The notes beneath the pieces are model-generated. The model saw only the letters and a list, made by a program, of their open reading frames with translations. It made no database searches and had not been told where the DNA came from. A stretch of DNA of 64,000 bases, from IMG/VR virus record IMGVR_UViG_3300043449_002510, positions 60,149 through 124,148 of that record; one strand, 5' to 3'. Shown here one piece after another: positions 22,601-31,310 of this stretch (within the stretch, counting starts at the first letter, position 1; each line of letters opens with the position of its first letter). The DNA comes from a virus. The position numbers and the translations under genes were made by a program.

Positions 22601-24590
22601 TCTTAATGGAAAAATTAAAGAGACAGACAGGCTATATAGTGGAAATTCAGTTTATACTTATAATGGTAGAGATCCATTATTTTATCAATATATTGGGGGT
22701 AGAATAGGGGATGGTGCAGAGTTGGAGGGTGGATATAATGACAAAGGTATTATTGGGGATAGTTGGTATAGCTTCTCTGGAGAAAGAATAGATGGTAAAT
22801 TTAATAGAAATTTTGTTACCCTTTATCCGGAGGATATTATAGTTAGAGATACACAAAAAGATTCTTATTTGCTATTGTTTTCAATAGACAGTGGGAATTT
22901 TAATATATATACAAAAGGGTTGTCTTTTTATCCTTATTTTTATAACTTTCAATATAAACCATTTATTAGTCCAACTTTGGCTGAACCAATTGGGGTTTCT
23001 TTAAATTATCTAACAGTAAACAATGCAGAATACTATTATCAATTTAATTTAAAAAATTATTTTCCTTTTAAAAACGTTTCATCAGAAGGATCTTTTTATC
23101 TTGAATCTGGATTAGATATTGGCCCTTTTGATAGAGATGTAGAGTTGTGTGTAATGAGTGGAAATTCCGTGTTTCCATCTGGTAATTTAATTATAGATAA
23201 TAGGGAAATAGCTGGTCCAGGTCCTTTTTATAATGCTTATGGTGGAGATTTTAATGGTAATATTATTTTTTATGATAATTATGTAAATTTAAATCAAATA
23301 ATTTCATATATTGCCCCAAGCACTGGAGAAGCTGGTAATACTAGAAACTCAACGATAACAACTTTTAAAATGATTCCCAAAGGGGAAAAGATAAATATAA
23401 ATATCTCTGGAAAGACTGGTATTGGTTTTAAAGATTCTGCTATTGTAACTATAAGACCAAGAACGGTTCTTTCATCAACTTATACAAATAATATTCTTGA
23501 TGAAGCGAGTGACCCTATTTTTTCTCCTTTCATCACTCAGGGTGATCCTTCTTATTTAAATATTTTTAACTATATAGATAATGGAGCAGAAACAAAGTTT
23601 TCTCTACCTCATCAAGGAGAATTTAAAAATTTAGTTGGAAAAAAATTCGAATTTCAGACAAGACCTGTTTTAAAAGTTTTATATCCTGAACCAGAAGAAG
23701 ATTTTATTCAAACTCTCTTAAGTAAGAATTATATTTCTTACGATTCTTATGGAAATTATGTTTACAACAGAACGCCCGGTCCAACTCATGATTATTGGAA
23801 ATTAAAAAATCCAAGTTTAAAATTAACTGGAATAAGAGATGTTTCTAAAATATCTTTTGAAATTGAATCTATAGATTTAGAATATGGCGACATTCCATAC
23901 CAATCTCAAAAAATAATTATTCCATCTGGAAATTGTACAATAAGTGGAGTTTTTGCTTATACTGGTCAAACAGAGAGCGCAATTTTATCTCAAGGATTAT
24001 TTCTGACTGGTGTTACAAGACCAAGCGCATTAGACTCTTATTATAGCCCACATTATGTTTCTGATATTTTAAAAAGACTGCCCGAAGAAATTCAAGTATT
24101 ACCATCTGGAAGTGGAAAATATATAGTTCTTGACGCGCCATCTTATGCAAAAAAAAGGAAAAATTATTTTTCAATTAATAACCAATCAGAATACGAAAAC
24201 TATTCTCCATTTGGATTAAATTATAATAAATTTATTTGGCCTGCGCTAAGTGATTTAGCGGAATTAAATCCAGACATTGTTTACGAAGAATTAATGCCGG
24301 AAGACGATAAGACTTTTAAAAATAGTTATTTATTTTTTAGCGCTTCTCAAGGTCAAGTTTTATTTAGTGGAGTTAGCGGTCTTTCTAATCCAAATGAAAA
24401 TGCTACTTATAAAACAGAATATTTGTATGCTTTTGTAGACAGTACTTCAACGAATTCATCTTACAATACTGGAAAATGCATAATAAAAGCAAATGGAGTT
24501 ATAGACACATTGGACTCTGGTAACTTATCAGGTATTTTGACAAGTGAAGGTTTAACATTAGGATTAATAAACAGCTTTAGCAATCTTTAA
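19692..24590 (+). CDS. Large putative virion protein (1632 aa)
   Basis: Long uninterrupted ORF; S/T-G-rich like other structural genes; co-oriented with 14773 gene. Confidence 0.55.
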   Translation: MSSANYIYGLTAVTAFLRCEAKASNLTEVLLQNLSLAFGGKIEDGIYLYKNFKLNSSLNQTLGFTNAEWDNLEALIDGNQQSKIGIASLIYCFSIYSNIENKYREYYVNKLFNYIYSNKPPKYFSSSEIKTLVDSFSISAINLEIEQSNAKTSSKAINYNFYDSLPLFANLESDSNLKQLIKDSENQYYYLSGELIYDLDVKSTECEKNIISILTPSGEITTTVYRNIPCFEKDSFVGPVSGIKFLRFFNDGPPSSGYFEKDIMEAYIKFDENINNSKDYLSNKNILYSFVKDQSGNYIYLKSGVQIDAQGAFSSTGEYGYLHTNLIYSDEGCEWTKEELEKLPLMRMHQGDNIPKYIYSKTKNLSNECVTGISGPFNWTGFKFVNFELKDSWLKYFDFIDVNPRMDKSRTLKRALNIENDLQDSIIHSPYLNVTSSENGVLECNQYVGPPQLNSDYSSLPGFAFYQTFDNKNFGTGNSEEFSTINIFPTISSGSAFTNLKSNRELSVSSFPIFTGKKINHDSFNNTTKIIINKTFNSSSIADYDDIFKKSIAIGDAFNNQISGTTSLQYNAGYFYTGYDIYKNGEKVILGSLLSEYEDKKIGAKYSKVKYLTGYLDTETDKVYSITPLTAHIFTGISGENLKSVGEYIVYYYFNTNTGAGSILSVNTGWNASFAPIPEGVLQNPSKYSGLYDYQKVENYFPRYYSGPFASYENKFLYPNAEYTYNEYSSFVNGFPYKISYKIKIKEETVREICFSSGFDGSFEYLNVIRAGPSGVDTPYVDYNALTGLERKMVTPFTLSTPDLSLQNKYNFYKNTGFYNSNGWFFYNSPISLNQNSSFVDSFYVRGSVNYWLPEKINNTNYKFSIIDYNKSVNRLNTFFNGVRITGLPIQKKIKISNNLEKTVSSIVEAPSSLYWGYKGTEISGEMFYCPPIFDLNYYQKYINSGFLNVFAKENSKFWTFYGEPRHVFSLNGKIKETDRLYSGNSVYTYNGRDPLFYQYIGGRIGDGAELEGGYNDKGIIGDSWYSFSGERIDGKFNRNFVTLYPEDIIVRDTQKDSYLLLFSIDSGNFNIYTKGLSFYPYFYNFQYKPFISPTLAEPIGVSLNYLTVNNAEYYYQFNLKNYFPFKNVSSEGSFYLESGLDIGPFDRDVELCVMSGNSVFPSGNLIIDNREIAGPGPFYNAYGGDFNGNIIFYDNYVNLNQIISYIAPSTGEAGNTRNSTITTFKMIPKGEKININISGKTGIGFKDSAIVTIRPRTVLSSTYTNNILDEASDPIFSPFITQGDPSYLNIFNYIDNGAETKFSLPHQGEFKNLVGKKFEFQTRPVLKVLYPEPEEDFIQTLLSKNYISYDSYGNYVYNRTPGPTHDYWKLKNPSLKLTGIRDVSKISFEIESIDLEYGDIPYQSQKIIIPSGNCTISGVFAYTGQTESAILSQGLFLTGVTRPSALDSYYSPHYVSDILKRLPEEIQVLPSGSGKYIVLDAPSYAKKRKNYFSINNQSEYENYSPFGLNYNKFIWPALSDLAELNPDIVYEELMPEDDKTFKNSYLFFSASQGQVLFSGVSGLSNPNENATYKTEYLYAFVDSTSTNSSYNTGKCIIKANGVIDTLDSGNLSGILTSEGLTLGLINSFSNL

Positions 24591-27144
24591 GATCAGAAAG
24601 TTTTGTATAAATTTTATTTTGCTGAGTAGCAATAAGATCTGCAAAAACAGTGTCGTCTTCCATTTTGGTACCACAAACAATAACTATGTCTCCTTCTTTG
24701 GGAAGACCATTGTTTAAAGATTTGCATTCTTCTAGCTTTTCTTTAAAAATCATAACTTTTAAAGATCCAGTTTCATCTGAAATCTGAAATTTTGCATAGG
24801 CGTTACCATTTTTAGATTTGCCAATTTTAGGATCTTCTTCGATTTTACCAATGAAATCACATTTTCTTTTAGTTGTAAAATCTTTAATTATATTAATAGA
24901 TTCAAGGCTCTCTTTTTTCGTGAGAAAAATATCGATTAGTCTTTTATTACTTGTATAACCAAGTAGTTTGTTCTCATACCACCAATTTGCAAAATCTTGA
25001 CTAATTTTATTCTGAGTATAGATAGCCTTGTATTTTTCGCTATTCTTTTTGATAGTTTCAAGTCTAGAGCCTTTGATTATAGGTTTGCTTTTTTCATCTT
25101 TAATATTTTCACACAAAGCTTTAACTGTTTTAGAAATATTGTTTTCATAATCTTTAGCATAAGAAACAACATACTTTTTTTCTTTTTCAGTTAAGATGTT
25201 CCAAAGTTGGGCTTCATAGACCAACAAAACTCTATTTTTAGAAATAGAATCAAGAGTTCCCGCCTGAATCAAAGCTGAAAGAACGCCGATTCCAAGTCCA
25301 GCCTCTTTTGCAGATTGAAACAGTTCAAATTTATTTGCATGCTCTCTTTTAAAGTTATTAATCTTCTCAATGGTTTTTTCACTAATACCTTTAATAGAAG
25401 ACAAGCCAAATCTAATATTTTTATCTTCAATAGAAAAGTCCATTTTTGACTTGGTTAAACTTGGAGGCAAAAGTTCAACACCAAGAGCAGACATTTCTTT
25501 ACTGATTTTCGAAATTTCTCCAATTGGATCTGGTTCATGCCTAGTCATTTTGAGTAATGACAAATAAAATTCGGCAGTATGATTAAATTTAAGATAAATT
25601 GTTTGAGCCGAAAGGGCTGCATATGCAGCAGCATGAGATTTATTAAAAGAATAATCCGCAGAGTCCAAAAGAAGACTCCAAAAGAAATCACCAGCAGATT
25701 CAATATTCTTTTCTTTGGCTCTTTGCTTGATGATTTTCTCAAACTTCATCATATCCTCTTTCTTTTTCTTACCGCAGGCGCGACGAACCATTTCAGCTTC
25801 ATCAAGAGAAAGATCAAAAACCTCTTTACAAGCTCGCATTAAAGTCTCTTGAAAAAGACAGCATCCACCAGTCTCTTTCAGGATATCATCAAGAATTTTA
25901 GATCCAGTATTTATATCAATAGTCCCAGTGTTTGTAAATCTTGCGTATTGATCTGTAAATTGCATAGCACCGGGACGACCAAGGCTAAGAACCGCAGCCA
26001 ATTCTTCAATGTTTTTGGGCTTAACCTTTTGTGTAACTTTATAATTAACATCCGCTTCAATTTGAAAAAGACCATGAGGATGCTTTAAGTCTTGCAGATA
26101 TCTATAAATAGAAGAATCATTAATATCAATATCCTCTGTCTTTATTCCAATAGACTTACAACAATCATCAACAACAGAAACGCTTCTTAAACCAAGGGCG
26201 TCAAGTTTTACAGTAAACAAAGAAACCCAACTCATGTCATAACCAGAAACATCTTCCTTATCAGAAGAGAACTCTACTGGACAGCAATCTTCAAGGGCTT
26301 CAAAAGAAATAAGAATTCCAGAAGGATGAACACCCTTATTTTTAATAAGGTTCTTTAATTTGAGAGCAGTTTGATAAATTAAAATATTTTCATCACACCA
26401 TTCTTTAAATTCTTTAACTTCAGAATAAGCTTTTTCAATGTCTTCGACTTGACCATGAACCTTTGGAATAAGGCCAGTGACATGAGTCATTTCTTCTTCA
26501 GATTTCATTCCGAGGATTTTACCAACTTCTTTGATAAGAAGTTTTGAAGAAAGAGTATTTAAGGTAAGAATCTTACAAGTTTTACCTTGGTATTTATTAT
26601 TAACATACTCAAGAACTTTATGTCTCTGATAATAATCAAAATCAATATCAACATCAGGCATCAGAGACCCATCAAGATAAGTAATACCATCTACAACCGT
26701 CTTTTTAGCCCTTGTCTTAGAAACGAAACGCTCAAAATAGAGACCATACTTAAGTGAATCAATTTTTGTGACGCCAATCAGGAACAAAACTAGACTACCA
26801 GCAGCAGAACCACGACCAGGTCCAGTTGGAATATTGTTTTCTCTACAGAAGTTGACAACATCCCAAACAAGCAAAATATAATCAACGAATCCTAAGTCAT
26901 TAAGAATTTCGAGTTCGTACTTGATTCTATTTGCATACTCATTGTACTCTTTTGAATTCTTCTTAAGATTTAAATTTAAGAATCCCTTCTTGCACAACGC
27001 TCTCAAAAAATCATAATTCGAGCAATTATTTTCAAGCCCAACCTCTTTCTTGTATTTGTCTTCAATCTTTAATACAGGAAGACGAACGCCTTTAATCGGG
27101 GTTTCAATATCAGAAAAAGTATTTACAAAATCAACTGGATTCAT
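24577..27144 (-). CDS. dnaE: DNA polymerase III alpha catalytic core (palm/thumb/fingers/HhH/OB), lacking the PHP domain
   Basis: GPGRGSAAGSL, LYFERF, MPDVDIDF, GVHPSG, KLDALGL, YSFNKSHAAAY, IRFGLSSIKG and C-terminal OB fold. Confidence 0.95.
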   Translation of the reverse strand: MNPVDFVNTFSDIETPIKGVRLPVLKIEDKYKKEVGLENNCSNYDFLRALCKKGFLNLNLKKNSKEYNEYANRIKYELEILNDLGFVDYILLVWDVVNFCRENNIPTGPGRGSAAGSLVLFLIGVTKIDSLKYGLYFERFVSKTRAKKTVVDGITYLDGSLMPDVDIDFDYYQRHKVLEYVNNKYQGKTCKILTLNTLSSKLLIKEVGKILGMKSEEEMTHVTGLIPKVHGQVEDIEKAYSEVKEFKEWCDENILIYQTALKLKNLIKNKGVHPSGILISFEALEDCCPVEFSSDKEDVSGYDMSWVSLFTVKLDALGLRSVSVVDDCCKSIGIKTEDIDINDSSIYRYLQDLKHPHGLFQIEADVNYKVTQKVKPKNIEELAAVLSLGRPGAMQFTDQYARFTNTGTIDINTGSKILDDILKETGGCCLFQETLMRACKEVFDLSLDEAEMVRRACGKKKKEDMMKFEKIIKQRAKEKNIESAGDFFWSLLLDSADYSFNKSHAAAYAALSAQTIYLKFNHTAEFYLSLLKMTRHEPDPIGEISKISKEMSALGVELLPPSLTKSKMDFSIEDKNIRFGLSSIKGISEKTIEKINNFKREHANKFELFQSAKEAGLGIGVLSALIQAGTLDSISKNRVLLVYEAQLWNILTEKEKKYVVSYAKDYENNISKTVKALCENIKDEKSKPIIKGSRLETIKKNSEKYKAIYTQNKISQDFANWWYENKLLGYTSNKRLIDIFLTKKESLESINIIKDFTTKRKCDFIGKIEEDPKIGKSKNGNAYAKFQISDETGSLKVMIFKEKLEECKSLNNGLPKEGDIVIVCGTKMEDDTVFADLIATQQNKIYTKLSDLKDC

Positions 27145-27785
27145 AATTCAATTTGAAACTTCAATCTATTCCAAACTTTGAGATTGAGTCTTAGATCAAC
27201 AAGAGCATTGTGCAAATTCTCGTAATCGTGCTCAATGTTATACTCTTTTCCCAAAGAAGTCAAATTGGTCTTTATACCTCTCACAAAAGTATTTGCCATT
27301 CTGTATTGATATTCTAACCAAATGTCATCATTAGGTTTATAAGGGCAATTCATTTTAATACCTTGAGCGACTGACTTTGTATCAATCGTTTTATTTAAAA
27401 TAAAAGACCAATCTTCACCCATATATTCTGCATAACCTTTGAGCAAGTGAATATCAAATCTCAAACCATTATGCATTATGATATGATCAGCCCATTGAAG
27501 AATAGGCCAAAATTTTTCGAAAGCTTCATCTGGTCCAATACAATTAGCATTAAAATGATTTTCATTAAATTTAGTTACAGCGGCGGCTCCAGCACCGATT
27601 TTAAATTTGCAATCATCCCATTTAATTAAACAATCAACTTCTTCAAGGATTTGTTCTCCTTGAACTTTCAAAACAGCAACTTGCCAAGGGCGATTGATTT
27701 GAAAATTTAAAGCTAAATTATATGTTTCAACATCAATAAAAGCTATTTTAGCATTTTTATTAAATCTAAGCCAATTTTCTTCCAT
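27141..27785 (-). CDS. DEDDh 3'-5' exonuclease (DnaQ/epsilon-like)
   Basis: ExoI IDVET, ExoII HNGLRFD, ExoIII HNALVD; ATGA overlap with dnaE core. Confidence 0.9.
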   Translation of the reverse strand: MEENWLRFNKNAKIAFIDVETYNLALNFQINRPWQVAVLKVQGEQILEEVDCLIKWDDCKFKIGAGAAAVTKFNENHFNANCIGPDEAFEKFWPILQWADHIIMHNGLRFDIHLLKGYAEYMGEDWSFILNKTIDTKSVAQGIKMNCPYKPNDDIWLEYQYRMANTFVRGIKTNLTSLGKEYNIEHDYENLHNALVDLRLNLKVWNRLKFQIEL

Positions 27786-27787
27786 AT

Positions 27788-28552
27788 TTAAACCTTTTCC
27801 TCTCTTCTAAGCCAACTTTCATAATTAAATGAATCACTGCACAAGTGATTAAATTCTGGCTTTTCTATAGTTCTTCTTTCCGAAATGCACTTGAAAGTCA
27901 TATAAGCAATAAAATCACTCTTTGATTTATAATAAATACTTTGAGAATTAATTGAGTCAAAGCCATTGTCTTTACAATATTTTTCGACTTTAGACTTTAG
28001 GTATGCATCAAAAGGGATATTATTGTTCTCTATAAAGAACTTTGGTTTAATTGAATCAAACTCTGGAACATGAAAATATCCTTCAAGGGAATTCAAATGA
28101 AGAAATGAATCATAGAAAGGGACAACAAGCGTTAAATTTTTATTCCAGAGATTTTTTAAATTTTTAAAATCAATACAAGGATTATAATAAAATCCTTCTC
28201 TAGCTGCCAGAGACCAAATTTTGATTAACGCTTTGTATCCATCGTTATTATTCGCAAAAATGATATACTTAGCTCTATTCTTCAGAGACTTTTCGTCTTG
28301 ATTTTCAATATCCTTAGTTACATCTAGTCTAAGACCAAACATTAACTTTAATTTATTTTCTTGACAATTTTTGCTTGCTTCAAGAAAACTTGTCATATTG
28401 TCTTCAACTAGACAAAGAAAATCTTTTTTAGAATGTAAAACTAAATCAAAAATAGAAGTTGGATAATTATCAATGCTTCCAGTTGGTTTTTCGAGAGTTA
28501 AGATTGATTTGCCCAAAGAGTAGTGACTTTTATAGCAAGGTAGAGATTGCAT
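27788..28552 (-). CDS. Stand-alone PHP domain of DnaE (metal ligands largely degenerate)
   Basis: 'KSHYSL..SIL', 'KLMFGLRL', 'IFANNNDGYKALIKI.S.A..EGFYYNPCID' match the DnaE N-terminal PHP domain. Confidence 0.85.
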   Translation of the reverse strand: MQSLPCYKSHYSLGKSILTLEKPTGSIDNYPTSIFDLVLHSKKDFLCLVEDNMTSFLEASKNCQENKLKLMFGLRLDVTKDIENQDEKSLKNRAKYIIFANNNDGYKALIKIWSLAAREGFYYNPCIDFKNLKNLWNKNLTLVVPFYDSFLHLNSLEGYFHVPEFDSIKPKFFIENNNIPFDAYLKSKVEKYCKDNGFDSINSQSIYYKSKSDFIAYMTFKCISERRTIEKPEFNHLCSDSFNYESWLRREEKV

Positions 28553-28559
28553 ATTTTAT

Positions 28560-28587
28560 ATGATATCTAATCTTGATCAAAAGTCAA
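28560..28587 (-). promoter_or_regulatory. sigma70-type promoter TTGACT-N16-TATCAT for the polymerase operon
   Basis: Directly upstream of the ATG at 28552. Confidence 0.5.
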
Positions 28588-28622
28588 GATTTTCTGTAAA
28601 ATATATCGGTGTAATTAAAAAT

Positions 28623-29348
28623 ATGCTTGATATAAATTTTTCTGGATTGCAATCGTTTGCTTCAAACAAAGAAAGTCTTGAACAAACAATAAAATATTTA
28701 TTAAATAAAAATAAAGTTCTTCTTCTTGCTACATCTAATCGTTGGGAGGGTCACGAAGATGATACTCCTAAATCTACATTGTTGGCAAAAATTGTTAAAG
28801 CTCATCTCGGTGAAAAAGCAGAATTAATTGATGTAAGCAAACTTCATATTTATATTTGCGAAGGAAATGTCTCAAGTAAAGAAGGCAATCATTGTGGAAC
28901 AAAAGACTCCGTTTTAAAAGACAAAAGCAAAAATCCAAGTGGCCATCACAGATGTTGGGCAAGTATAAATAATAAAGATGATGAACTATGGAAAATTAGC
29001 AAACCTTTATTTGAGAGTGATGCTATTGTATTTTTTACTTCCATTAGATGGGGACAAACAAACAGTATTTATCAAAAATTAATTGAAAGACTTTGCTGGA
29101 TAGAAAATAGACACTCAACTCTTAAAGAAGATAATATAATTAAAAATATTGACGCTGGAGTTATTGCTATTGGCCAAAATTGGAATGGAGCAAATGTAAT
29201 TGAAACTCAGAAAAAAGTATTGTCCTTTTATGGTTTTAATACCCCAAATCAATTAAGTTGGAATTGGCAATATACTCAAAATCCTTTAGATGAAACAAAA
29301 GAAAGTTATAACAATGCAATAATTAAATTTAAAAATACTTTTCTTTAA
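28623..29348 (+). CDS. Flavodoxin-like / NADPH-dependent FMN reductase family protein
   Basis: 'TSNR...PKSTLLA...ELIDVSKLHIYICEG...C...DDELWKI..PLFESDAIVFFTSIRWG'; start moved to ATG 28623, just after GTGTAA (28609). Confidence 0.75.
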   Translation: MLDINFSGLQSFASNKESLEQTIKYLLNKNKVLLLATSNRWEGHEDDTPKSTLLAKIVKAHLGEKAELIDVSKLHIYICEGNVSSKEGNHCGTKDSVLKDKSKNPSGHHRCWASINNKDDELWKISKPLFESDAIVFFTSIRWGQTNSIYQKLIERLCWIENRHSTLKEDNIIKNIDAGVIAIGQNWNGANVIETQKKVLSFYGFNTPNQLSWNWQYTQNPLDETKESYNNAIIKFKNTFL

Positions 29349-30397
29349 AAATCATCAAGTATATCTTTTTTAATTAATTTTTTATTATCGCCAATTTCTT
29401 CAACTACATTTCTATGTTTAGGGCAACCTTCGTAGTAAATTTCTTCTATTGATTCACCCTCTTTTAAAGTCGGAACTTCTTCCTTCTTTAAATAAGATTT
29501 AATTATTTTTCCATCCTTTTTAACTGCGTAATAATAGAAACTCCATTTCATAGGACATCCCCATTTTACGGTTCCATCTTTTTTTAATTCTCCCGGTTTT
29601 GAATTAAAACCACAAAGTAATTTTCCTTTAAATTCACCATTACTTGGCATAGGTTGATCTGCGGCAAAGTTTGAATAAGCATGTTTTGAAGAAAAAGAAT
29701 CGAGCTGTTTTTGTATTGATTCCAAATAATACTCAAAACCTTTTAAAGCGTCTTCTTCAAAAGTAACTGGCAACATTGGGTCATCTGGGAACTGAAGAAA
29801 AATAAATCTGACTTCAGGTTTTAACTCTGGCCATATTTTCTTACAAGCTAAACTATAAATTAAACCTTGAAGATTTGATTCAATGTCTTCTCCCTCAAAT
29901 TTCTTTTTAGAAGATTTAAAATCATCGATAATAATTTTATTTCCTTTTATAAAAGGTTTATCAATGAATCCTTTTATATAGTAATATGGAGATTCGTTTA
30001 GAATGTTGAATTCATATTCTGGTTTTACAAGCTTGCCGCCTTTAACAAAAAAATCACTATTCAAACCAACCATGATCATTTTATCAATATGGTCAAAAAG
30101 TTGATCAGTATATCTTAATTTATAAAAAGAAATATATTTACGAACTAATCTTTCTACGCTCTTTCTACCCTTAATTGACTTAGCCTTGATTATGTCTTTA
30201 TATTTTTGTTTATGTTTTGGATTAAGCAATAATTCAAAAATATTATGACAAACAGAACCTTTGAGAGCCCCATCGTTGGTAGGCTCAGGTACTTTAAGAA
30301 TATATTTTGAATAATAAAGCCAACTACAATTTTCAAAAGTTTTAATTCTGGAAGCAGATATCGGAGTTGTTTCTAGTTTTGGTAATGATTCTTCCAT
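29345..30397 (-). CDS. PD-(D/E)XK RecB-like/Cas4-like exonuclease
   Basis: 'ISASRIKTFENCSW', 'GSVCH', 'KGFID', 'DDFKSSK', 'QGLIY' and C-terminal Cys cluster. Confidence 0.85.
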   Translation of the reverse strand: MEESLPKLETTPISASRIKTFENCSWLYYSKYILKVPEPTNDGALKGSVCHNIFELLLNPKHKQKYKDIIKAKSIKGRKSVERLVRKYISFYKLRYTDQLFDHIDKMIMVGLNSDFFVKGGKLVKPEYEFNILNESPYYYIKGFIDKPFIKGNKIIIDDFKSSKKKFEGEDIESNLQGLIYSLACKKIWPELKPEVRFIFLQFPDDPMLPVTFEEDALKGFEYYLESIQKQLDSFSSKHAYSNFAADQPMPSNGEFKGKLLCGFNSKPGELKKDGTVKWGCPMKWSFYYYAVKKDGKIIKSYLKKEEVPTLKEGESIEEIYYEGCPKHRNVVEEIGDNKKLIKKDILDDF

Positions 30398-30398
30398 T

Positions 30399-31310
30399 TT
30401 AATTTAAAAGTTTATTTTCTAAGCAAAAATTTTTAAATGATTCTCTGTCTTTAATGAGCATGTCATTTAAATCATTTTCTGGTGGAGTAACAATTTCTAT
30501 TTGAGAATCATCAAAGTGACTCAAAAGCTCTTTCTTTATTTCTCCAGCGGCCTTATTGCCAACAAAATTATTATCATAATCGTTATTAAGAATAATTTTA
30601 ACATTATTAATATCACTTTTTAAGAGGTAACAGATTATTTTTGGACTTATGCTTACTCCAAAAAGAACGATTACATTTTTAACTCCTACTTCTATTAGAC
30701 TAAGAGCGTCACCGGGAGATTCTACGAGAATAGCACTTTTTTTGTTTTGAATCTCTTTAAATCCAAAGTTTGGGAACAGCCAATTTGATTTATTTCCTAA
30801 ATGCTTCCAGCGAATATTATTTTTATTAATAGCTCTACCAGTAAAACCTATAATATCTCCTTTTTCATCAAAGATCGGAAAAACGTATCTACCCTTCATT
30901 CTCCCATTATCAGCTATTCCACCCTTAAACTGCTCAAGAGTAAAAGGGCTTATGCCCCTAGCCTGCCAATAAGAATGATCTTTAATTAATTTATTAATTA
31001 ATATTTTATCGAATTTTTTAACATCTATTAGCCCTATTTCCTGGTTTGAGCTATTTGTGGGTATGGAAAGACCTCCTAAATGCTGTTTTACGCTATCAAG
31101 AGATGACAAATTAAGCGTTTTCTGTATCAGTTGGGGTAATTTACCCCCTACGCGCTCAGAAAAGTCGTACCATTCACCTGTAGACTTTTTTATACATAGA
31201 GAAGTTGGGTTATCAGAAGGCCTATAAATAGGCTTGGTTCTCCAAGAATCTCCAAAGTCTTTTAAATCAGAATAACCTATATTATTTAATATAATTAAAA
31301 TTTCATTCAT
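30399..31310 (-). CDS. dnaG: DNA primase (TOPRIM)
   Basis: 'GRYVFPIFDEKGDIIGFTGR', 'ILVESPGDALSL', 'NDLND'; adjacent to dnaB. Confidence 0.8.
   Translation of the reverse strand: MNEILIILNNIGYSDLKDFGDSWRTKPIYRPSDNPTSLCIKKSTGEWYDFSERVGGKLPQLIQKTLNLSSLDSVKQHLGGLSIPTNSSNQEIGLIDVKKFDKILINKLIKDHSYWQARGISPFTLEQFKGGIADNGRMKGRYVFPIFDEKGDIIGFTGRAINKNNIRWKHLGNKSNWLFPNFGFKEIQNKKSAILVESPGDALSLIEVGVKNVIVLFGVSISPKIICYLLKSDINNVKIILNNDYDNNFVGNKAAGEIKKELLSHFDDSQIEIVTPPENDLNDMLIKDRESFKNFCLENKLLN

Noticed and set aside
24577-28552. Split intein or programmed frameshift joining the DnaE pieces
   Set aside because: No C/S-start or HN/C intein termini at the junctions and no slippery heptamer; each ORF has its own coupled start
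29345-30397. Cas4 as part of a CRISPR system
   Set aside because: No cas1/cas2 or array; context beside primase and helicase fits a phage RecB-like exonuclease
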